64,000 nucleotides of DNA from Gammaproteobacteria bacterium (lineage in GTDB: Bacteria > Pseudomonadota > Gammaproteobacteria > CBDBNL01 > JAAOII01), in NCBI GenBank assembly GCA_965209035.1, contig OZ242372.1, positions 512,001 through 576,000 of the forward strand, written 5' to 3'. The notes beneath the pieces are model-generated. The model was not told the origin of the DNA and did not search any database. It was given only the letters and a program-made list of their open reading frames with translations. Below are positions 51,719-60,468 of this stretch, one piece after another. The position numbers and the translations under genes are program-made. Numbering within the stretch: position 1 is the first letter of the stretch; each line of letters begins with the position of its first letter.

Positions 51719-54121
51719 TTACCGGTCTTGCGCCGAGAGGCCGCCCGGCAGGCAATTCAGAGCCGGGTATTGTGTGCTGTTGCCCAGATTCCAGACGCGG
51801 ACGAAGGGGGCGGGCTCCTCGGTGGTGCTTTCCGCACCGGTGTTCGGGTTGCACCAAGCATTGCCCCAGTCGGCATAGATGCTCCCGGCAAACTCGGTCG
51901 GCGATTGCAAGGCTGTCGTGTTATGACCCTCGCCCAAATTACCGTCACTCATAGACTGCATGGTGGTTTGATTGTCCCAATAGGTGGCAATGACATTGGT
52001 CTCAGGATTGGTGTTGCCGATCAATCCGCCGACAGTACCCTCACCTGAAACAAGCCCGGGGGCGGCATAAGAATAATTAATTTGAGCTTTTTCCCCATAC
52101 CCAACCAGGCCGCCAGCAGCACCATAAGTCTCGCCGCCGCTCCCGGAAACAATTCCGCCGAGCACATAGGCATAGCGAATATCCGCATTCCTACCAAACC
52201 CAACCAGGCCGCCAACATGAACAAGCCCGGAAACATTTCCGCCGGACACGGACGCATAGCGAATATCCGCATTCTCACCATGCCCAACCAGGCCGCCAGC
52301 AAAATCCCCGGAAACATCCACACCGGACACGAACGCATAGCGAATATCCGCATTTAGACCATTCCCAGCCAGGCCGCCAGCTCTATTCTCGAAAGCATTC
52401 CCGGCAACACTTCCGCCGGACACGGACGCATTGCGAATATCCGCATTCTCACCATACCCAACCAGGCCGCCCACACCCACATTAGTGGCATTGCCTCTGA
52501 CATCCGCATTCCGGAGATGCAGATTTTGGATATCGCCGGTTAAGGCACCAAACAACCCCACTCCATAGGCAGTATTGTTCGCAGAGATGAACAGATCGGC
52601 AATACGATAACCGCCGCCGTCAAAGATTCCGGTATAAGAGGTGCAAACATTCACAACGGAACAAGAGCCGATCGGCTGCCAACCGCTGCCGGTCGTCCAA
52701 ACAACTTGATTGCCACTGCCCGCGGCATAGGAATCCGCATCGCTAAAATTCAACGAGCGAGTTAATTCATAACCCACACAGCCGCCGTCATCGTCATCCG
52801 GGCAACCCATAGAACCCACAGAGGTGATCTCGGGGATAGGGCCATCATCCGCCCCATCGCCGTTCAGATCATCGCGCAGCCGCGCCAAGTCATCCAAAGT
52901 GTGGATCTCGATCAAGCCATTATTATCGTCATCCACATCCTCTGTCAAGGTAGTATTCACATCGGTCCTGCAGCCGGCAGATAATCTGTCCGGTGCTCCG
53001 TCTCCATCCGTGTCGGCGCTCGCACAGGCATCCGTCACAAACGCATCGCCCGGATCCGCCACGCCATCATTGTCATCGTCCGAATCTTCATCTGTGTCGC
53101 GACAGCCGTCACGGTCATGGTCCGCGGACGCATTGGAAGTCCAGCCGGTAACACCGGTCGGGCAAAGATCTGTTATATCCTCCACACCGTCATTGTCATC
53201 ATCTTCATCACAGGCATCACCGCCGTCATCCGCATTGTCCGTGTTGGCTTGGTCCGCATTGGCAACCAACGGACAATTATCGTTATCATCATCCCTATCG
53301 TCATTGTCATCGTCCGAATCTTCATCTGTGTCGCGACAGCCGTCATCGTCATGGTCCGCGGACGCATTGGAAGTCCAGCCGGTAACACCGGTCGGACAAG
53401 TATCGGCCGTATCCGCCACGCCATCATTGTCATCGTCATCATCACAGGCATCACCGCCGTCATCCGCATTGTCCGTGTTGGCTTGGTCCGCATTGGCAAC
53501 CAGCGGACAATTATCGATATTATTATCCTCACCGTCATCGTCAATATCTGTGCCTACACCCGCTCCCGCTCCCGTTGTACTTGACACAGGAGGTGAGGCC
53601 ACGATAATGCCGCTCTCATAACGCACCGCAATCGTGATGTGATAGGTGATGTTATTGATTAAGCCCGTAATGTTGTAGATGACCCGAGCACGCGGCGCAA
53701 CATCCGCCATGGCAGAATTAAGTTCTTTTGTGCCGCCATCGCTTGCATTGTCACGGCGTGTGCTAATAACGAACCCGGTGATATTCATCCGGTTCGGATT
53801 AGTCCAACCCACGAGAATATAATCCTCACCGGCCAGAGTCTGCATATTGAAAACAGCCGGGAAATTCTGAGGAACGGGATCGCCGCCGCCGATGCTGCTG
53901 CTGATGCTGCTGCTGCCACAACCTGTCAGGACCAAACCGAACATACCCGCCAGCAGCACACCGTAAAAACGAGCCGGTATGTGCATCCGTCGTGCCCTAC
54001 TGGGTTCGGGAAAAGCCTTAAAGACATTAAAGGTATTAAGGAGACGCACAGATACCGCGCCTCTTTGTTTGCGGCACATTGCTTTCGCCGACCGCACAGG
54101 AAAAAAGTGCAACTGATTCAC
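51719..54121 (-). CDS. Large surface lipoprotein (FN3-like, TSP3-like, GLUG-type repeats), paralog of 15636-18197
   Basis: Lipobox LTGC + poly-Ser; one FN3-like unit; duplicated [15 protein letters not shown] block; shared [15 protein letters not shown] and YADWGN..QYPALNC.PGGLSAQ segments. Confidence 0.8.
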   Translation of the reverse strand: MNQLHFFPVRSAKAMCRKQRGAVSVRLLNTFNVFKAFPEPSRARRMHIPARFYGVLLAGMFGLVLTGCGSSSISSSIGGGDPVPQNFPAVFNMQTLAGEDYILVGWTNPNRMNITGFVISTRRDNASDGGTKELNSAMADVAPRARVIYNITGLINNITYHITIAVRYESGIIVASPPVSSTTGAGAGVGTDIDDDGEDNNIDNCPLVANADQANTDNADDGGDACDDDDDNDGVADTADTCPTGVTGWTSNASADHDDDGCRDTDEDSDDDNDDRDDDNDNCPLVANADQANTDNADDGGDACDEDDDNDGVEDITDLCPTGVTGWTSNASADHDRDGCRDTDEDSDDDNDGVADPGDAFVTDACASADTDGDGAPDRLSAGCRTDVNTTLTEDVDDDNNGLIEIHTLDDLARLRDDLNGDGADDGPIPEITSVGSMGCPDDDDGGCVGYELTRSLNFSDADSYAAGSGNQVVWTTGSGWQPIGSCSVVNVCTSYTGIFDGGGYRIADLFISANNTAYGVGLFGALTGDIQNLHLRNADVRGNATNVGVGGLVGYGENADIRNASVSGGSVAGNAFENRAGGLAGNGLNADIRYAFVSGVDVSGDFAGGLVGHGENADIRYASVSGGNVSGLVHVGGLVGFGRNADIRYAYVLGGIVSGSGGETYGAAGGLVGYGEKAQINYSYAAPGLVSGEGTVGGLIGNTNPETNVIATYWDNQTTMQSMSDGNLGEGHNTTALQSPTEFAGSIYADWGNAWCNPNTGAESTTEEPAPFVRVWNLGNSTQYPALNCLPGGLSAQDR

Positions 54122-54379
54122 TACTTCCTATCATTATTAATTGGAATAATGTACCTTATTATTACATTAAATGAGAGTTGAGGAGTAAAATATGAGCATA
54201 AATGCCGGTAAATACAAGAAAAAAGAGGGTTATTTTCTGTTCGCGACCTTCAGAATGGAAGTTTTGGCAGATCCCCAGGCTGTTTGCAATGGCTCTTGAG
54301 GCAAATGGCAAATTTTTTGAAGTGCATAGGTTGTCAAGAGTATAATTCCCTTATTTAATTTTCAAAATCATGTGTATTC

Positions 54380-54523
54380 TGTATGATCCCACCTATTTTC
54401 GGACTTTTTTTGTTTTTGTAAAAACCGGATCGGCGAGAGTTGTTTGTGAGCATAATGGGGACGTCCGAGATGATACCAAGCCAGCCATGCGATGAACTTG
54501 GCATTGAATGCCGGCATATCCTT
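54380..54523 (-). mobile_element. IS481 right-end relic
   Basis: TGTATGATCCCACC...GCCGGCATATCCTT aligns with the reverse complement of the last ~145 bp of the intact IS. Confidence 0.8.
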
Positions 54524-54681
54524 GGGGGACAGCAGTGCATTCTACAGGCCGTTCAACTAAAACCCAAACAACCCGCTCTGTTGGATCACAAACACTAAGT
54601 GCAAGCCAGGGCTGGCAGGGTATAAAAACGGCTCGCAAACCCTTATAAAATCAAGGTTTTTAATAAGTTTCCTAAGTCAAG

Positions 54682-54726
54682 ATTTTTTCTAACGACCACC
54701 CTTCTTCTTTTGTCAGCATCTTATAA
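54682..54726 (+). repeat. 45-bp direct repeat, right copy
   Basis: Matches 50975-51019 with 1 mismatch. Confidence 0.92.
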
Positions 54727-54826
54727 TATATTCTTGTAACCGGTGCTGCACCGACTATTTGAATTCGTGTGAACATAAAGCACCGGCTACTTGAATTTAG
54801 ATAAAAAAACATTAATAGTATTACAT

Positions 54827-57175
54827 ATGCCTAACATTACTCGCGAACAAAAAGAAAAATATCTGAAGCAATTATCCGCGGAGGAATTTAAGGCAAAGGT
54901 GATTCGTCCGCTTTTTGAAAAAATGGGCTACGGCAGCGGTAAAAACATTGACAGAAGTTCGCAAGATTCCGCGAGTGTTTTATTTATAGACAAGGACAGA
55001 TTGGAGGATATCAGAATTATTCGAGTGATCCCGCATCTCAAGAACATCAATATGGTCAAGACAAGCAAAGAAGAAGTGGAATCTCTAATTCAAACTGTTC
55101 GCTCCGCTTGGCAAGAAAACCTTCGTTTGGAAAATAGCAACAAGAAAGTTCACTGCGATGATATTATTATTTGTTCCACGGGAAAAATTAATGATAAGGC
55201 GGAAAACTATATCAAAAAACAGACAAGCGGTAAAGAACCGAGATTATTCGATTTACAGCGTCTGATCGGCTTAGTGGATAATCATTGCGAGGAGATATGG
55301 AAAAAAGTATCACCGGATGTCATTTTATATTACAACTTCTTGCGGGGTAACATTGAGCAAGACCTCAAAGATCCTTTGGCAACATCCGTGGATAACGAGC
55401 ATTATATTCATCTTAATCTCGGCAGACACATAGCCAAACCTAAAAAGATTGACGGGGAAATAAAACGAGTCCCCGAGTACACGAGTATTGAAGAAACGGA
55501 ACTTCTCCGGCAGAAACATCCAAAATGTATCATTCGCGGCGACGCTGGGATGGGTAAAAGCACTATTTTGCGGCGGTTGGTCTATCAGATTACTCAATAT
55601 TCTCTTCAGGATGAGGGGATGAAACCGATTTTGTTGCTGCCTCAAGATGTGGAAGTATTTGCCGATGCCGATGCGGATACTTTTGTTAAGAAGTGCGATG
55701 CTCATTTCAAAAAATGTATGAATCAACCCGAACAAGTATTCAGTCAGTCCGACTTTGAGCAAGGCAAGGTAGTTCTTTTAGCAGATGCTCTGGATGAAAT
55801 TGCGGATGACCGGCAAGAAAAATTTATAAAACTCCTCAATGAACTGTCTAAAAGATATCCAAAGGTCAAGATCATTTGCACATCAAGACCGGGACAACGC
55901 GAGAAAAAAATGGTTCGCGATGAAGGATATGTGCGGTATGATGTCTCTCATATCAGTTGGCGTCAGGCTCAAAAATTGCTTTCTATTATGAAAAAAGAAG
56001 GGGACCTCCCCCGGTCTATTGCTTCGGAAGTTCTGCGTCGGATCAACTCCATCCATGGCTTGGATCTCACGCCGCTTCTTGTTAAGGTTTTTGCGGCAAC
56101 TTTGACATACTCGCGTCAGGATATACCCGCAAACATTACCGAGTTGTTTAGCAAGTATACCGAACTGATGCTTGGCAGGTGGGATCAAGACAAGGGGTTT
56201 GAGCAGCAATATGAGGCAAACTTAAAGATTTTCCTAATGAAAAAATTGGCGGGATGGATGCATGACAACCGGGTCAGTCACATATCGGAATACAATTTCA
56301 AAAATATCATTGAAGAGGAGATGAAGTCGCGCGGCTACGAAATTAAAATAGAAGAGATTTGCACCGAAATGTTGGAACGATCCGGGCTATTGAAGCGGCG
56401 CGGCGATGCGATACTTTTTACACATCATTTGTTACAAGAATTTTTTGCCGGGATTGGTATATCGGACTTAGACAAAGATGAGATATTCAAAAAATTTGGC
56501 AACCGCTGGTGGACGCGCCCTTTGATGTTTTATTTCGGCAATCGACCGGACGCCATACACAGGCTGGAACAAGCACAAGAAAAAGTATCAACGCGTAAAA
56601 AGTTGGATCCCTATGAAGTTTCCTTGGCGATAGGATTATCATTACAAGCATGCTATCTTTCCGAAGTTTCTACAAGACTGGATATATGGAAAACATTGAT
56701 AAACAACATTGCTATGATCAGCACGCCCCAAGACAAATCTAAAGTTCTATTTCCTCTTTTTGATTCTATGTTCCCTTATGCTGTTTTGCGCGAAGCCGTC
56801 CCTTTGTCTGTCTTAAAAGATCCTTGGAATCAAGAGGAGCTAACCGAATGGTCAAAAACTGCGGATGAGGGTAAGTTTTGCTGGTTTCTCATCGCCTTGA
56901 TGGAAACCGGTTGTTTTGAGAAAGCACACCAACTCATTAAAAAAACAAAGAAATGGAAAAATTCGTTTTATCCGTTTATTTTGTATTGGCATTCCGGGTT
57001 TCTTATGAGGGTATCTGCAATCTCACCGGAACAAAAGAAAACGGTCAATTTAATACGCACCGAATTGGATAAAAGAAATGGTGTGGAATTAATGGAGTTT
57101 CGACGGGAAATTGTAAGAGAGATTGACACCTATTTTTCTTCACCCGATAAAAGCCTGAAAAATGATTCCAAATGA
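54827..57175 (+). CDS. NACHT-family STAND NTPase with N-terminal Mrr/REase-like domain (apparently degenerate)
   Basis: Walker A IIRGDAGMGKST, Walker B LLADALDE, ICTSRP, TPLL, FTHHLLQEFFAG; N-terminus EEFK..VIRPLFEKMGY ... IIICSTGKIN; start taken at ATG 54827. Confidence 0.85.
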   Translation: MPNITREQKEKYLKQLSAEEFKAKVIRPLFEKMGYGSGKNIDRSSQDSASVLFIDKDRLEDIRIIRVIPHLKNINMVKTSKEEVESLIQTVRSAWQENLRLENSNKKVHCDDIIICSTGKINDKAENYIKKQTSGKEPRLFDLQRLIGLVDNHCEEIWKKVSPDVILYYNFLRGNIEQDLKDPLATSVDNEHYIHLNLGRHIAKPKKIDGEIKRVPEYTSIEETELLRQKHPKCIIRGDAGMGKSTILRRLVYQITQYSLQDEGMKPILLLPQDVEVFADADADTFVKKCDAHFKKCMNQPEQVFSQSDFEQGKVVLLADALDEIADDRQEKFIKLLNELSKRYPKVKIICTSRPGQREKKMVRDEGYVRYDVSHISWRQAQKLLSIMKKEGDLPRSIASEVLRRINSIHGLDLTPLLVKVFAATLTYSRQDIPANITELFSKYTELMLGRWDQDKGFEQQYEANLKIFLMKKLAGWMHDNRVSHISEYNFKNIIEEEMKSRGYEIKIEEICTEMLERSGLLKRRGDAILFTHHLLQEFFAGIGISDLDKDEIFKKFGNRWWTRPLMFYFGNRPDAIHRLEQAQEKVSTRKKLDPYEVSLAIGLSLQACYLSEVSTRLDIWKTLINNIAMISTPQDKSKVLFPLFDSMFPYAVLREAVPLSVLKDPWNQEELTEWSKTADEGKFCWFLIALMETGCFEKAHQLIKKTKKWKNSFYPFILYWHSGFLMRVSAISPEQKKTVNLIRTELDKRNGVELMEFRREIVREIDTYFSSPDKSLKNDSK

Positions 57176-58403
57176 ATTAAAACAACTCGTCGAAAACGGT
57201 GAGAATTCCAAAGTTGAATTTAAAGACGATCAAGTAAACGGTGAGAATTTGGCACGTGCGATGGTCGCTTTTTTAAATTCCAACGGCGGGCGGATATTCT
57301 TAGGTGTTGAGGATAATGGCAACATCAAAGGTATGGTTATCACAAATAAGGCAATGGAAGAGAAAGTGATGAGTTGGGCTCACAATTTAATTCAACCGCA
57401 GTTCACCCCGAACTGGGAGACGGTGATGATGGGCAATGGCAAACGAGTAGCGATTATTGAGTTACCAAGCCAGGCACCGGACAAACCCTATAAAGCAAGG
57501 GTAGGCAAGGTATGGAAAATTTTCACAAGAAAGGGAAGTCAAATAAGAGAAGCATCCCGAGAAGAAGAAGCCCGCCTTTATTATGCTTCACCGATTGGCC
57601 ATCGTTATGAGACCAAACCTATTGTCGGCAGAAACCTAAAAGACCTGAGCATGGATAGGATAGAAACCTATTTTCGTAAGAGAGGCATTCCAAAATACCT
57701 GCCCCTCCAAAACAATACCAAACAATGGGAGTCCCTGCTAATGAATACCGACTATGCGGTAGAATTTAACCGGCAAGTAACTCCGAATGTGACGGGGATG
57801 CTATTATTTGGTGTGTCTCCATACCAGTTTATGAAGCAATCCGGTATGAGAATAGTTGCGTTCTCGAAGACGGAGAAAGATTATGATTACGAAGGAGATG
57901 ATTTTCGCAGTGCCCTGATACCCGTCCAAAAAGAAGACGGCGAGATCATAGAGCCGGGATTATTTGAGTTGGCATTGCAATTTATTAACCGATTTGTCCG
58001 GCGAAACCGCCTAAACAAAAAAACAGGAAGACGCGTAGAAGAAACAGATTATCCGGTAGAAGTGATTCGCGAAGTTTTGGCAAACGCAATCGTACATCGC
58101 GAGTATGCCCTTGTGCAACAAGAAATTCAAGTTCATATTTACTCCGATAGAATGGAAGTGATTTCACCGGGAGGACTGCCGGACGGCGTCACCGAAGAAA
58201 AGATAAGAAATGGTGTTACCGCAGCGCGTAACCCCACACTGCGAGATGCTATGAGCGCATTTGGATATGTCGATAAAATTGGTATGGGTATTCCCACAAA
58301 AATTATCAAGGGAATGCAAGAACATAACGGGACCGAACCCGAAATCATTCCCAAAGAGGACCTTTTTACTGTGCGTTTATTTAATCGGCATTCAGCCCGC
58401 TAA
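57162..58403 (+). CDS. Schlafen/AlbA_2 domain + HATPase_c_4-like domain protein
   Basis: GENSKVEFK, VAFLNSNGG.IFLGVEDNG, REVLANAIVHREY, ISPGGLP, RNP.L, GMGI; overlaps the NACHT gene by 14 nt. Confidence 0.85.
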   Translation: MIPNELKQLVENGENSKVEFKDDQVNGENLARAMVAFLNSNGGRIFLGVEDNGNIKGMVITNKAMEEKVMSWAHNLIQPQFTPNWETVMMGNGKRVAIIELPSQAPDKPYKARVGKVWKIFTRKGSQIREASREEEARLYYASPIGHRYETKPIVGRNLKDLSMDRIETYFRKRGIPKYLPLQNNTKQWESLLMNTDYAVEFNRQVTPNVTGMLLFGVSPYQFMKQSGMRIVAFSKTEKDYDYEGDDFRSALIPVQKEDGEIIEPGLFELALQFINRFVRRNRLNKKTGRRVEETDYPVEVIREVLANAIVHREYALVQQEIQVHIYSDRMEVISPGGLPDGVTEEKIRNGVTAARNPTLRDAMSAFGYVDKIGMGIPTKIIKGMQEHNGTEPEIIPKEDLFTVRLFNRHSAR

Positions 58404-58485
58404 CACAACACTTGTTTTCAAATATTTATGCTCCGTTTTAAGTTTTTAAGCACTCCGGGTGTTGCACCGGAAGGTTAAATTCACC

Positions 58486-58513
58486 TTCCTTGAATTTTAC
58501 AAAATTCAAGGAA
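58486..58513. terminator. Perfect 13-bp inverted repeat between convergent genes
   Basis: TTCCTTGAATTTT-AC-AAAATTCAAGGAA; AT-rich, so could equally be a protein-binding palindrome. Confidence 0.4.
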
Positions 58514-58583
58514 ACATTTCACGGTGTTGCACTAATTACTTGAGTTCACAGTTCATTAATTCTGGCATTAATTACATCATTCT

Positions 58584-59789
58584 TTACTGCCAGCCGATTA
58601 AAGGATAATCCAATTTCTTGGCAAACGCAGAAAGATACTTTAACTTGAGTCCGGTTAAATCATAAATGTCCCGTGCCATAATGAAGCCACTTTGATAGGC
58701 ATCCAACACGCAGCGCGAAAAATATGTGCCACAGTGCTTAATAGCGGTATTTTCAGGCACAGTGATACCACCCGGCTGCTTATTATCAAACGGTCCGGGG
58801 GTATATTTATCAAGTAACTCCTCTAACTTATTTTGATCAATGAAGTGATTCTGCCGCGCTTGGACCGCCAGCATCTGACGACTCACTTTAATTTCATTTG
58901 CTATTTCTTCAATTTGTGTTCCTGCATCCTCTTGCCGCAACCATACCCGACCCAACCAATCGCTTGGAGCAATCACTTCGGCCGCCACCCTGTTACACCA
59001 TCGCTCTTTTTGCCGAACCTCCTTATCCGCAATATCTTCGTAATACTGACTGCGAAAATTGATAACCGACACAGCGGTATCGCCCAACAACAAATGTGCC
59101 AATTCATGCATCAATGTAAAAATAGAGCGAGCACTTCTAAGCTTCCTCCCCGGATTAAGTAAAATCACAGGGGCTATTTCATCCGGAATTGCAAGCCCGT
59201 CATATTCCTCGGAAGTAATCTTATAACTTTTGTGTGTGTCATTTGTTAGCACCGGAATACCTCTCTTCTCAACGGCATCACGCCACAGATCAAAAGCATC
59301 TTCAACACTGCCACAACCCCGCACAGTTTCAACTGTTACACCCAACCACTCCCGGATCCTAAACGCCGACTCAGCCGGCGTAAGAGTCATATCGGCAGCA
59401 AACGGCTGGGCAAAATTCTTTTGGCCGGTTTCTCGTAAATAGTCTCTTAACCAACGCTGCCGCATGCGTGCCTCTCTGATAGCAAAACGCAAATTGGGTA
59501 AATAAGGTTTTTTCTGTTCATCACGCCTAAAATCAAGCGGCAATTCATCCGGCAGTTCCGCGGGCAATTCTTTCAAACAAAAAAGAATATAAAACACACG
59601 ATACTTCGTGGCAAGTTTTTTTGCTTCAGTTAAAGTGGGTCGCTCCTTCCCGCTTTCCCAAGAGCGAATTTTTTCCGCAGCATCCTTCACTCCGGACAAC
59701 GACACATCTTCCGGCCGCCCATAACCCACTCTTTCCCGTATCCCCTTCAAAGTAGAAGGAACGACAGGAAGTATCACCCTGGCAGACAC
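58584..59789 (-). CDS. XRE-like HTH + ImmA/IrrE (peptidase M78) metallopeptidase
   Basis: IRSWESGKERPT..EAKKLA (HTH), FTLMHELAHLLLG (HExxH), ERWCNRVAAEVI.P. Confidence 0.88.
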   Translation of the reverse strand: MSARVILPVVPSTLKGIRERVGYGRPEDVSLSGVKDAAEKIRSWESGKERPTLTEAKKLATKYRVFYILFCLKELPAELPDELPLDFRRDEQKKPYLPNLRFAIREARMRQRWLRDYLRETGQKNFAQPFAADMTLTPAESAFRIREWLGVTVETVRGCGSVEDAFDLWRDAVEKRGIPVLTNDTHKSYKITSEEYDGLAIPDEIAPVILLNPGRKLRSARSIFTLMHELAHLLLGDTAVSVINFRSQYYEDIADKEVRQKERWCNRVAAEVIAPSDWLGRVWLRQEDAGTQIEEIANEIKVSRQMLAVQARQNHFIDQNKLEELLDKYTPGPFDNKQPGGITVPENTAIKHCGTYFSRCVLDAYQSGFIMARDIYDLTGLKLKYLSAFAKKLDYPLIGWQ

Positions 59790-59862
59790 AGAATATTACC
59801 TATACCGGCACTCGATAAAATCTTATTTTTACTTGGAAAAAATAAGATGCGTTTATCTGTTC

Positions 59863-60228
59863 TTACTCTGCTGCCGGCTTATCCGACCAAACGGCATATT
59901 CGTTGCCGTTCGGGTCGCAGAAGTGAAACCGCCGACCGCCCGGGAACGAAAAGACCGGCTTGACAATCTCGCCGCCGGCTTTCACAACCTTTGCTTCGGT
60001 GCATTCCAGATCCTCGCTGTAAAACACCACCAAAGCGGCGCCTTGATCGGCATCGGAGCATTTGTCATCGCGATAAAACCCACCGTCCAGCACTCCGTCC
60101 GAAAACGCCAGGTAGTCTTCACCATAAGCGGTGAAGGACCAGCCGAACACCTCGTCAAAAAACTTTTGCGCTAACTTCAAGTCCTTGGCGGGGAATTCCA
60201 CATAGTTAATTTTTTCGTGTTTGTTCAT
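59863..60228 (-). CDS. VOC/glyoxalase family protein
   Basis: INYVEFPAKDL, FGWSF..YG.DY, FSFPGGRRFHF.DPNGNE. Confidence 0.92.
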   Translation of the reverse strand: MNKHEKINYVEFPAKDLKLAQKFFDEVFGWSFTAYGEDYLAFSDGVLDGGFYRDDKCSDADQGAALVVFYSEDLECTEAKVVKAGGEIVKPVFSFPGGRRFHFCDPNGNEYAVWSDKPAAE

Positions 60229-60468
60229 ACTGTTATTTTACTCCCAATCGGCTCGTTTGAATTCCAATTAGCCCGGTTCGCCTCGCTTCTGTTCCCCCTG
60301 CTACTCCTGTTGTCCGCCGCGCACATCAAAGAACTGCCAATCAAAACCGCCCCCGAACCGCTTCTCGCTTCGCACACAATCTGCCTTACATACGGAATGT
60401 TGCCCGCCAGGGATGCACTTCTATCGAAACAAGCGACATACATACCGGAACGGTTTCCAATGCCCACA

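Larger units (their letters stand above)
51020..54681. mobile_element. Non-autonomous cargo transposon bounded by IRs CTTGACTT(C/A)GGAAA and a 45-bp direct repeat
   Basis: Left CTTGACTTCGGAAA, right TTTCCTAAGTCAAG; imperfect IR extends ~45 bp; no transposase; contains a surface-protein gene and IS481 relics. Confidence 0.8.

Noticed and set aside
15636-54121. Diversity-generating retroelement acting on the paralogous surface genes
   Set aside because: No reverse transcriptase in the window and no template/variable repeat pair with adenine-specific differences seen
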